Shown one piece after another: positions 54,803-62,717 of a stretch of DNA of 64,000 nucleotides (within the stretch, counting starts at the first letter, position 1; every line of letters begins with the position of its first letter). The notes beneath the pieces were generated by a model. The model did no database searches, was not told the origin of the DNA, and saw only the letters and a program-made list of their open reading frames with translations. Source of the stretch: a virus (taxonomy: Duplodnaviria; Heunggongvirae; Uroviricota; Caudoviricetes); IMG/VR virus record IMGVR_UViG_3300021431_000002; one strand, 5' to 3'. The position numbers and the translations under genes are program-made.

Positions 54803-55288
54803 TTAATCAATCTGTTTTCTCGAACTAGAAGCTAAAATATTATTCATCATGTCAAATGCTCCGTTTGCGCCTTTCATAATGAGTTCATATCGTTTAATTA
54901 TCTCTTTTAGTTTAGTCTCGTTGGATTTACCTTTACCAAACAAATCTTTCGATTCTGATATGATTGCCTCTAATGGTCTTTTAAAACTAGGAACTTTATC
55001 AACAACCTCTTGACAGTATTCCATGAATTCCTTTAGTTCATCAACTTTTTTCTTTCTAGGTTTCTTCGGATAGTAATCGAGAATGATGTCAAAATCATAA
55101 TCAATCATAATCTGAGATTTATCCGTTTCATCAAGCATATCGATAACTTGGCTTTCCACAGAAACCGCTGGAAGGTCTACACCCATAAATTTAGTGGGAG
55201 GTATCTCTTCAAAATTATGCTCTATACCTATGTTTTTGTGAACAATCCTACGTTCACTTATCGCTTTAAACGTTATAACCGTTACCAT
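54803..55288 (-). CDS. hypothetical protein
   Basis: ATG 55288. Confidence 0.75.
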   Translation of the reverse strand: MVTVITFKAISERRIVHKNIGIEHNFEEIPPTKFMGVDLPAVSVESQVIDMLDETDKSQIMIDYDFDIILDYYPKKPRKKKVDELKEFMEYCQEVVDKVPSFKRPLEAIISESKDLFGKGKSNETKLKEIIKRYELIMKGANGAFDMMNNILASSSRKQID

Positions 55289-55379
55289 AGTTTTATTATT
55301 CAAATGAATATACATACAAATTATTGATAGAGAAGACATTGCTTGTTGAATACATCTACTGCATTCTCTGTATCCATAG

Positions 55380-55733
55380 TTATTTCTTTTTTTTAGTTAC
55401 GTTATAAGGATGGGTTGTGATTCCCTCAAGAATAGGAATCCATACAGTATGTATGTTTGGCTCACCGACTTTCAGCAATTTTGCATTATCTGGTCCGTAT
55501 CCATAAGGACGAGGACCGTATTTTGCATTATGCATTTTTACATATTCCTCTTCATTATTGATGGGAATTTCTACCTCAATTTCTTTCCACAACCAAATGT
55601 AACATCCAGATACACTACCGTCTTCTTCTTTGAAAAGAAAATGCTTTCTTAAGTTATTCCATGCGGCTTTATCAGACTTGAATTCCTTTGGGTCACAATG
55701 CCTTAAAGCATTTGATAATTTATAACGTGCCAT
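55380..55733 (-). CDS. hypothetical protein
   Basis: 117-aa ORF. Confidence 0.8.
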   Translation of the reverse strand: MARYKLSNALRHCDPKEFKSDKAAWNNLRKHFLFKEEDGSVSGCYIWLWKEIEVEIPINNEEEYVKMHNAKYGPRPYGYGPDNAKLLKVGEPNIHTVWIPILEGITTHPYNVTKKKK

Positions 55734-55770
55734 TATTTTTATCTTTTATTGGTTTGATTTTTTTATATTG

Positions 55771-56055
55771 TTAAATGTGAGAAAGCAGCAACAATAAATG
55801 TTGACATTCAGACATTCTTGCTTCTGTTTCTATACTATGAGAATTGTGTTCTTTTTCTCTCCAGTATTCGTATCTTTTTTTGATTTCTTCATAGATTTTA
55901 TTGACTTTATCAATATCTTTAGTTTCGAGAGTGTTGATAAAATCAACCGCACTAGTAAGGGCATATTTTCCACTAGTTATTTCTGTTGGCTGATAAGAGT
56001 TTAACTCTTCCATTATCCACATTAATACTTTATTTTTTTCTATATACTGTGCCAT
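55771..56055 (-). CDS. hypothetical protein (MAQYI family)
   Basis: N-terminus like 29789-30241; promoter 56082. Confidence 0.75.
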   Translation of the reverse strand: MAQYIEKNKVLMWIMEELNSYQPTEITSGKYALTSAVDFINTLETKDIDKVNKIYEEIKKRYEYWREKEHNSHSIETEARMSECQHLLLLLSHI

Positions 56056-56144
56056 AATTATTATTTTTTTTTTGTTTGATGCAAATATACGAAAAAAAGT
56101 TGAACTGACAAAACATCAATTCAACTTTTAACTTTATTTAATAG

Positions 56145-56216
56145 AGGCTCGTATTGGATTTGCACCAATGTAGAACGTTTTTGCAGAACGACCGCTTACT
56201 ACTCACGCAACGAGCC
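56145..56216 (-). tRNA. tRNA-Cys (GCA)
   Basis: Perfect acceptor stem GGCTCGT/ACGAGCC, U73 discriminator, loop CT-GCA-AA, T arm ATTGG-TGCAAAT-CCAAT; no encoded CCA. Confidence 0.85.
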
Positions 56217-56226
56217 ATTTAAAGAA

Positions 56227-56257
56227 GCCTAGTCTATTTTCACAAACGGAACTAGGC
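56227..56257 (-). terminator. hairpin between the Hsp20-like gene and tRNA-Cys
   Basis: GCCTAGT/ACTAGGC stem. Confidence 0.45.
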
Positions 56258-56300
56258 AATGTACCAATCAATATGAACAAAAAGTTATAACATTTAGAAA

Positions 56301-56969
56301 TTACTCGCTTTTAGGAGTTCTACGAACAAAACGTCCGTTCTTATCCCTACCCATCATTTTGGCATATTTGTTACCATTCTGACTAAGCTTTTGGGCGAGT
56401 TTACTTGATATGTGAGTCATTGTCTCTTCGTTAGGAGTATTCTCCTTTTCAGCAGCTCTTTTAGCTGCCTTTTTTCTCACCGCTTTTTTAGGCTTTTCAG
56501 TTGGCGTTACCTCTTCCTTTACTGGCTCAATCACCTTTTTAGGAATAGTAACTGTAGCGGTTTTCAGTGTTGCGTTTTTGGTTAGTGTAATCTGCTCCAA
56601 ATCGCAATTACTAGGAATCACTACAGCAGTTTTATTGCTTCTAGCGCTAGTCTCGTCCTCATAAGTAACCTCAATGTTGAGCTTACCGTCTTTAACCTCA
56701 TATGAGATTTTTTCACCAATTGACTCATCAAAAGGTACAGTAACTGAGAAATCCGTAAGGCTCTCTTTAACTTGTTTGAGCAATTCAGCAAAATCGCCAA
56801 ACAACTCGTTTCCTCTCTTGATAAGTTCGTTTTTCTTCTCCTTGAAGAAATCAATCTGTGCGTCCATATCGAATGAATCTACAACATCGTTGAAACTTTC
56901 AATCAATGACTTTGCTTGTGACGCACCGTTGTCAATAAGGCTCAAAAGCCTACTTTTGAAATCTGCCAT
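56301..56969 (-). CDS. Hsp20/alpha-crystallin-like protein with basic tail
   Basis: F.VTVPF...EKISYEVKDGKLNIEV...V.IPSNCD.EQIT...VTIPKK matches the alpha-crystallin strand pattern. Confidence 0.5.
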   Translation of the reverse strand: MADFKSRLLSLIDNGASQAKSLIESFNDVVDSFDMDAQIDFFKEKKNELIKRGNELFGDFAELLKQVKESLTDFSVTVPFDESIGEKISYEVKDGKLNIEVTYEDETSARSNKTAVVIPSNCDLEQITLTKNATLKTATVTIPKKVIEPVKEEVTPTEKPKKAVRKKAAKRAAEKENTPNEETMTHISSKLAQKLSQNGNKYAKMMGRDKNGRFVRRTPKSE

Positions 56970-57269
56970 AGTTATAAATATATTTGTTATTTTAAAATTT
57001 TTAAAATTATCATAGTTATCACAGCAAGAAATGATACTAATGAAATAATATCAAATGTTCTGTATAATAATTTTTTGAATTCTTTTTCACTTTCCATATG
57101 TGTTGCAAAGATATATGTATTTTTTTGAAAAAACAAGTAAAAAAACGTTTTTTAACATTTTATTCAAGTAATTTGCACTTTTCTTCACTGAAATTATTAT
57201 GCAATTCTGTGAACCGCCAAATGAGTATTACAAAGAAGATGCTAGCGACTCTTAGAGAAGGTAGATACA

Positions 57270-57797
57270 CTAAAAATGAATGGCTCTATTTAGTTTTCCG
57301 CTTTTCGCTAAAGCTTTTCTTGCGCCTCTATATGCAGCTAATAAACCGTTTACTGGATTTGTTGAGAAATCACATCCAGAAGCAACACACTTCCCATTTA
57401 CAGAACGCAGTGTTACATTGCATACATATGTTATCCCAATTCCATCATTTACTGCCCAAGGTCTTACTGATGCAATACAGCCATAATGTTCGTTAATAGC
57501 ACCAATTATTTTTTCGCATCCGTGTAAATCAATTTTCACTTCTTCGAATAAAAATCCATCAAGTTTACCGATAAACACAAGTTTCCCATTATCATCTATC
57601 AAATAATTGTCTAACGTACATTTGTATATACCTCCAACATGGAATTCCATCATTGTTTGAGGCTCATAATCATCACCACAACTATAAGAAAGGTATGTTC
57701 TATTTGTATGGAAAACATTCATTATAAATGTATTTACTTCCTCCTCATTGATTTCTTTGCATTTTTCGCAAAGATAGTATTTTCCAAATTTAAACAT
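57270..57797 (-). CDS. hypothetical protein
   Basis: 175 aa in operon. Confidence 0.75.
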   Translation of the reverse strand: MFKFGKYYLCEKCKEINEEEVNTFIMNVFHTNRTYLSYSCGDDYEPQTMMEFHVGGIYKCTLDNYLIDDNGKLVFIGKLDGFLFEEVKIDLHGCEKIIGAINEHYGCIASVRPWAVNDGIGITYVCNVTLRSVNGKCVASGCDFSTNPVNGLLAAYRGARKALAKSGKLNRAIHF

Positions 57798-59055
57798 AAT
57801 ATCTAATTTTACAAAACATATCTACTAATTTAGATAGTTTGTCGTTTATTTTCTCACCGAAAAAAACAATATCATCTTCAGAAATTGACCATTTAAATGT
57901 CCCATTAGATTTGTATATGTTTTCGTTTACAATTTCATTCGCAACAATAAAAATAGAAAGTATAACATCCACTAATAGAATGATTATGAACAAAGCGATA
58001 GTTTGCCCATCGGTCATTTCAACGTTTATATAGTCAAAGTCCTTAAATTGCTTACGTTTCCAGAGTTTTATATTGTTTGCTAGCCAATCGCCATACTTAG
58101 AAATATCAAGTGTATTGTGCTCCCTAAAATACCTTTTTGTTGCCACCTCTAACGTAGGTTTATCACACCATGAGAATGGGTTGCACCAATCTATTTTGTT
58201 TGTCTTAGTGTTATATCCTAGGCACAATACAAATTCGTTTTTGTTGCCTCCTTGCCAATATGATTTTTGCTGCTCAGATATTTCTATGGGTTTATCTTTG
58301 AAAATCAAAATATATAATCTGAATTGTCTTTTACCACCCATTGTGGCATTTAAAAACCTAATTTTTTTTTCAGTCTCCCTATCAAAGTTCATTCCCATGA
58401 TAGGATTTTGGTCATAATCACATATATTTGGATACGAAAACAAACCAAGTTTTTTTGCTTGCGCATCACTAATCTCTTCAAATTTAAATATTGAACGAGA
58501 AGCGATAATCTTATTGGTATATGTATGAGTTGTAGTTAGTGTCTTGCTGTTTTGGTATGTTCCGTCCCAATGGTATTCTTGCGCATCACCATCCTTAGTG
58601 TAATAGTCACGGTGCATATCAACAAACACAGCACTAGGATGATTTAACTCAGCCATTGCTAAGTCAAACTCTTTTTGGTTATAGAAATATGTTTCGTTTC
58701 CATTATTGTCAGTATATGTCCATCTTTCTGGGTGATAATCACTGTATGAGCAATCATATGTTTCAGTATGAGTTATTTCATGCCCATTTTCATCGTAGCC
58801 ATCGTGTACTGTTCTAGTACATGTCCGTTCAATCCATTCATCCCAATCATCATAATGGGTAATTTTGGTAACATAACTGCCCCAATATTCTGTATCACTT
58901 TCATTGAAAGATACAAATGCTGTTTTCAATAATAATGTGAAAACAATAGACACTCCTATTAAAAGTATGTATTCCAACCAAGTCACTTGCTTTCTGAAAA
59001 ACATCAAAAGCAAGAATGAAATGATAAAAGGTAATAAATAAATAATAACTAACAT
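57790..59055 (-). CDS. membrane protein with large extracytoplasmic domain (TPM-like C-terminal part)
   Basis: Two N-terminal TM helices and one C-terminal TM helix; WQGGNKNEFVLCLG motif. Confidence 0.75.
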   Translation of the reverse strand: MLVIIYLLPFIISFLLLMFFRKQVTWLEYILLIGVSIVFTLLLKTAFVSFNESDTEYWGSYVTKITHYDDWDEWIERTCTRTVHDGYDENGHEITHTETYDCSYSDYHPERWTYTDNNGNETYFYNQKEFDLAMAELNHPSAVFVDMHRDYYTKDGDAQEYHWDGTYQNSKTLTTTHTYTNKIIASRSIFKFEEISDAQAKKLGLFSYPNICDYDQNPIMGMNFDRETEKKIRFLNATMGGKRQFRLYILIFKDKPIEISEQQKSYWQGGNKNEFVLCLGYNTKTNKIDWCNPFSWCDKPTLEVATKRYFREHNTLDISKYGDWLANNIKLWKRKQFKDFDYINVEMTDGQTIALFIIILLVDVILSIFIVANEIVNENIYKSNGTFKWSISEDDIVFFGEKINDKLSKLVDMFCKIRYYV

Positions 59056-59600
59056 AACGCATTAATTTCTTTCAATACTTGACCCAATTCTACGAGTCTT
59101 CGACCAATGCAAAAACCTTCAAAATATTCTTCTTCATATAACAGTATTGTTGTTTTTCTTCTTTTCGTATCAACTATAATATGTTTTTTAATATACTGTT
59201 CTGGTATTCCTCCTGCTAATGTGTATTCTCCGTATAGTGAAGAATTTGCTGTTAACCAAAACCTAAACAGCGAATATACTGAAGGAAAAGAGTAAATTAT
59301 CTTGCGTTCTCCGTAGACTTTATGTTCAACGCCATCAATGGTTACAGTGCTTTCGACTGGCACATAATTATTTAATTGGTTTCTTTCACTCTCTATTTTA
59401 CGTTTCACAAAAGTAGTGAAATTACTAAAACCAAATATTTGGTCTATATATGTATGCATAGACCAATGTTCCGTTTGAAACCTCTTTCCTTCATTGATTT
59501 CTTTAATTACGTATTCTTTCCAAAATGGCAATAGCCCAGTTTCTTTAAGAAACCTTAAAGCTATTGCCATATATTTTTTATTTACTCCAACATTTTTCAT
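59049..59600 (-). CDS. hypothetical protein
   Basis: 183 aa in operon. Confidence 0.75.
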   Translation of the reverse strand: MKNVGVNKKYMAIALRFLKETGLLPFWKEYVIKEINEGKRFQTEHWSMHTYIDQIFGFSNFTTFVKRKIESERNQLNNYVPVESTVTIDGVEHKVYGERKIIYSFPSVYSLFRFWLTANSSLYGEYTLAGGIPEQYIKKHIIVDTKRRKTTILLYEEEYFEGFCIGRRLVELGQVLKEINALC

Positions 59601-60151
59601 TTTTTAAATATGTCAACGTTATCATCGAGACCAGTTTCCATTGTTTGTTTACTATGAGTTGATGATACTATTGTGTATTCTATTTCAGACGGGTTGGAAA
59701 TGAACCAACGTCCTGGATATGTCTTGCATAATGTGCTATGCTCACGTTTTATGTCAATCATACGTTCTTGAGCCTTCATAAACTGAGTTCTTTGCACCTC
59801 GATTGCATCCATTACGTCCTTATAAAGGCTAGTGTCAAAATTAGGATTGGCTTCAGTAATCCATTTCATAAGTGACCCATCACCTTTTGAATACCGACCC
59901 TCAATGATGTGGGTATAAATGGAATCGAACCCAGCACGATACTCATTAGACACTTGCGCTTTCTGCGAAATAATCTTCCACATGGCATCGTGTACCCCTT
60001 CTACCTTTCCTCGCTGTGCCTCTGCTTGCTCACGAAGAGATACCTCCTTGTTATTGTAGGAAAAATAACTTCCCACGGTGGCAATAAATCCCAATCCAAG
60101 GATAACAATAATTGAGACAGCCACAATTGTTTTTACACTTACGTTATTCAT
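59597..60151 (-). CDS. LemA-like membrane-anchored protein
   Basis: N-terminal TM, then SYNNKEV.LREQAEAQRGKVE helical domain; Y...C..YPG.WF resembles the LemA YN...FP motif. Confidence 0.55.
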   Translation of the reverse strand: MNNVSVKTIVAVSIIVILGLGFIATVGSYFSYNNKEVSLREQAEAQRGKVEGVHDAMWKIISQKAQVSNEYRAGFDSIYTHIIEGRYSKGDGSLMKWITEANPNFDTSLYKDVMDAIEVQRTQFMKAQERMIDIKREHSTLCKTYPGRWFISNPSEIEYTIVSSTHSKQTMETGLDDNVDIFKK

Positions 60152-60516
60152 TTTTTTGTAAATTTAAAATATGCATCGTATGTTTCGCAATATCCTGATT
60201 TATCGTATTCAACTTTCCAACCACTTTTTCGATATAAATCTTCAAAATCAAGCCAATGATTAGAAAGCACTGCGGCTCGGAATCTAACGCCATTTTCCAA
60301 ACCTAAGACGTTACTAGGTTTTATTTCACTGATTATTTCGTGTTGCGTGATTATGGCTTTTTTGCCATCCCATTTCTTCTTCAACAGTTTGTTTACTGCT
60401 TCGATTACAAAACTAGGAATATCATTTTTCCTTGCCTCTTCAACTTCTTGAGGCGTAATTGGTTTTACTTCTCTAACATCCATAAGCCCTAACTTTTCTC
60501 CATGTGTATGTTCCAA
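60148..60516 (-). CDS. conserved hypothetical protein
   Basis: WLDFE..YRK.GWKVEYDK.GY.ETY.A.F.F motif. Confidence 0.75.
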   Translation of the reverse strand: MEHTHGEKLGLMDVREVKPITPQEVEEARKNDIPSFVIEAVNKLLKKKWDGKKAIITQHEIISEIKPSNVLGLENGVRFRAAVLSNHWLDFEDLYRKSGWKVEYDKSGYCETYDAYFKFTKK

Positions 60517-60976
60517 ATGAATCCCTCAAATATAGTTCTGGGAACAAATACCTCTCAATCTTAAAACTGAAAGTGCTTCCGCTTCTTGTGAATCTAATAT
60601 ACCCACTACTATATGAATATGAATAAGTGTGCGTATACCAATCTGGATTTCTTCCAACCGAAAATGTTATATCACACTTCCACTCATCAATGAACTTAAT
60701 CTCTTTAAGTTCCATATCACCAACATAACTAGGGTAATCCATTTGCCAAGTTCCCAATAGTTTGTCAGCACTAAATACGTCACCATATCCGCTACCGCTG
60801 TTACGGTTTACATATCCACGATTGCAGTTTGAGCATCCGTTTCTACTGAAATTGCAATATGCGCACCCATAAGGCTTACAGTATTCGCATCCACGACCAT
60901 CACAGTACATACAGCAGTTAACTTCACATGATGATAATGAAATAACTGCAAATAGGAGTAAAATAATTTTCTTCAT
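60473..60976 (-). CDS. Cys-rich putative lipoprotein
   Basis: LSS-C lipobox; four CxxC; LLGTW lipocalin-like strand; promoter 61006. Confidence 0.7.
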   Translation of the reverse strand: MKKIILLLFAVISLSSCEVNCCMYCDGRGCEYCKPYGCAYCNFSRNGCSNCNRGYVNRNSGSGYGDVFSADKLLGTWQMDYPSYVGDMELKEIKFIDEWKCDITFSVGRNPDWYTHTYSYSYSSGYIRFTRSGSTFSFKIERYLFPELYLRDSFGTYTWRKVRAYGC

Positions 60977-61040
60977 ATTATTGTAGTATATTTAATCATA
61001 TGATGCAAATATACGAAAAAAAATTGAACTAGCCAAATAT

Positions 61041-61631
61041 TTAGTCAAATTTTAGCTCTTTACGATGAATAATAATATATCTTTCAATTTTTTTATCAAA
61101 ATCAAGCCCACAAAATATGGATTTTAAAACATCGGTTTTATTGTATGACCTTAACAAAAAATGTTTTGCGGTTTTGAGCGCATGTTTTAACGCAACTTCT
61201 TCAGAAGAAAAATATTTATTCTCATGGATGCCGTGTATTTCTGCTGTCAGTATAGTATATTTTTTATTAGCCCAAGTTACCATATGTCTATCAAAACGGT
61301 CAAACAATCGATAATAGTATGCAAAGGAATCATCATCCTCAGAATAAGCAACATAGGTTTCTATTTTAATTCTAAAACGATAAAAAAGTAAATCCTTGAG
61401 TTTTAGAATTTTAAGTCTAACTGCCGATGGTAAATTAAAGAAATGTTGTACATATGTGCTAAATGGTAATGTTTTAGGCTTATAATGATTTCTTATTGGC
61501 TCGTATATTATTGCCCCACCACTACTCGGTAGAGGAATCATTGGATAGTAGCATCCGCTCTTAAAATTATCAATATTGCATACGCACATACAAGGTCTTG
61601 TCCTTAATACTGTTTCTTTAACTTCTTTCAT
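61041..61631 (-). CDS. hypothetical protein
   Basis: 196 aa in operon. Confidence 0.7.
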   Translation of the reverse strand: MKEVKETVLRTRPCMCVCNIDNFKSGCYYPMIPLPSSGGAIIYEPIRNHYKPKTLPFSTYVQHFFNLPSAVRLKILKLKDLLFYRFRIKIETYVAYSEDDDSFAYYYRLFDRFDRHMVTWANKKYTILTAEIHGIHENKYFSSEEVALKHALKTAKHFLLRSYNKTDVLKSIFCGLDFDKKIERYIIIHRKELKFD

Positions 61632-62124
61632 TTTGTAAACGCTCCCTTACCTCATCTAATGCTTTTCCAAGAAGATTAGTACCTTTCCAGTTATTCTCGT
61701 CATCAATCATAGGGTTATTTTCCCCTAGACCAACGCCCCAAATTTTATCTATCGGACTAGCTTCAACAAAGTGTTTTCCATTAAATTCGTCAGAAAGTAT
61801 GTTACTTTTCAACTCTTCGTTTGATGAAAATTTAAGATAACAAGCATCAACCATCACTTGATAACGTTTTTCATTCCAAACATTATCATCATAATTTCTT
61901 ACTTTGCGTCCAAGTGTTTTTGCAGTTTTGGGGTTTTTGCCCTCAAAGGCAATTTTCATGGCAATTTCTTCATCGCCAAACGTTTTAGCCTTTACAAACA
62001 TAAAATACTGTTCTGAATTGTAGAAAGTATATTTTTTACCTTCATATTCAGCGTTAAAGGTACAAGGATACCAATTTGAAGGCCATTCGCCCCAGAAAAA
62101 TATATGTTTATCAGTTATTCTCAT
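61618..62124 (-). CDS. NADAR (YbiA/RibX, DUF1768) family hydrolase
   Basis: FFW..WPSNWY, SEQYFM..KA..FGD, K.LGR.V.NYD..VW, KFS.NEELK, EASP.DKIWG.GL, G.NLLGKAL.EVR. Confidence 0.9.
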   Translation of the reverse strand: MRITDKHIFFWGEWPSNWYPCTFNAEYEGKKYTFYNSEQYFMFVKAKTFGDEEIAMKIAFEGKNPKTAKTLGRKVRNYDDNVWNEKRYQVMVDACYLKFSSNEELKSNILSDEFNGKHFVEASPIDKIWGVGLGENNPMIDDENNWKGTNLLGKALDEVRERLQNERS

Positions 62125-62126
62125 AG

Positions 62127-62516
62127 TTATTCTGTTAAATTATCTATTAACATTTTATTACGCCTATTAAAAGTGTAACTTTGCTCTCTCAGTTTAAGCA
62201 TAAAAACTAAAAGTTCAGTGGGTTTCATTTTTTCAATAGCCCCACTCTCTTTTAGCAAAAAAAAATTGTCTTCAAAGGGCAGAAATCCTTTGATTCCAGC
62301 ATCACAATACATATGGGTTGAAATTATTACTCCGTTTTCAGTAACTTTGAAATTTTCAAAACTACCCCACTTGACTATTTTGTTATTAGATGTTATTTTA
62401 AAAAAATCCCCATCTTTAAACGATTTCAGTATTTTTATTTTTTTTGCGTGTAATATTTCATACTGTTTTATTAATTCTTCTTCAGTCATAGTAATTGGTT
62501 TTTTATAAATTAGCAC
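62127..62516 (-). CDS. hypothetical protein with KP..L.E..YTFN module
   Basis: C-terminal KMKPTELLVFMLKLREQSYTFNRRNKML. Confidence 0.7.
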   Translation of the reverse strand: MLIYKKPITMTEEELIKQYEILHAKKIKILKSFKDGDFFKITSNNKIVKWGSFENFKVTENGVIISTHMYCDAGIKGFLPFEDNFFLLKESGAIEKMKPTELLVFMLKLREQSYTFNRRNKMLIDNLTE

Positions 62517-62717
62517 CGTGATTAATTGGAATACCTTTCAACCTATAATACTCAAGCATAATTTTATGATATGCTTTACATTCTTTAGGAACTTTGCTGT
62601 ATAAGTCTTCTAATTCTTTATCAGATAAAATGATTAAATTTCTCATATATTCGTTTTGGCAAATATATAAAAAAAACGTGGAATAGCAAAATATCCCACG
62701 TTAATCTATGTTAATGT

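Larger units (their letters stand above)
23588..62667 (-). promoter_or_regulatory. 13 further sigma-A promoters, mainly the TATATTTG variant
   Basis: -7 boxes at 23588, 29720, 41073, 44018, 47755, 49826, 51624, 53370, 54296, 56082, 57106, 61006, 62660. Confidence 0.8.

Noticed and set aside
12375-56216. Shared 11-mer ACGCAACGAGC at 12375 and 56205
   Set aside because: Short match in unrelated contexts (terminator-like trailer vs tRNA 5' end); plausible by chance
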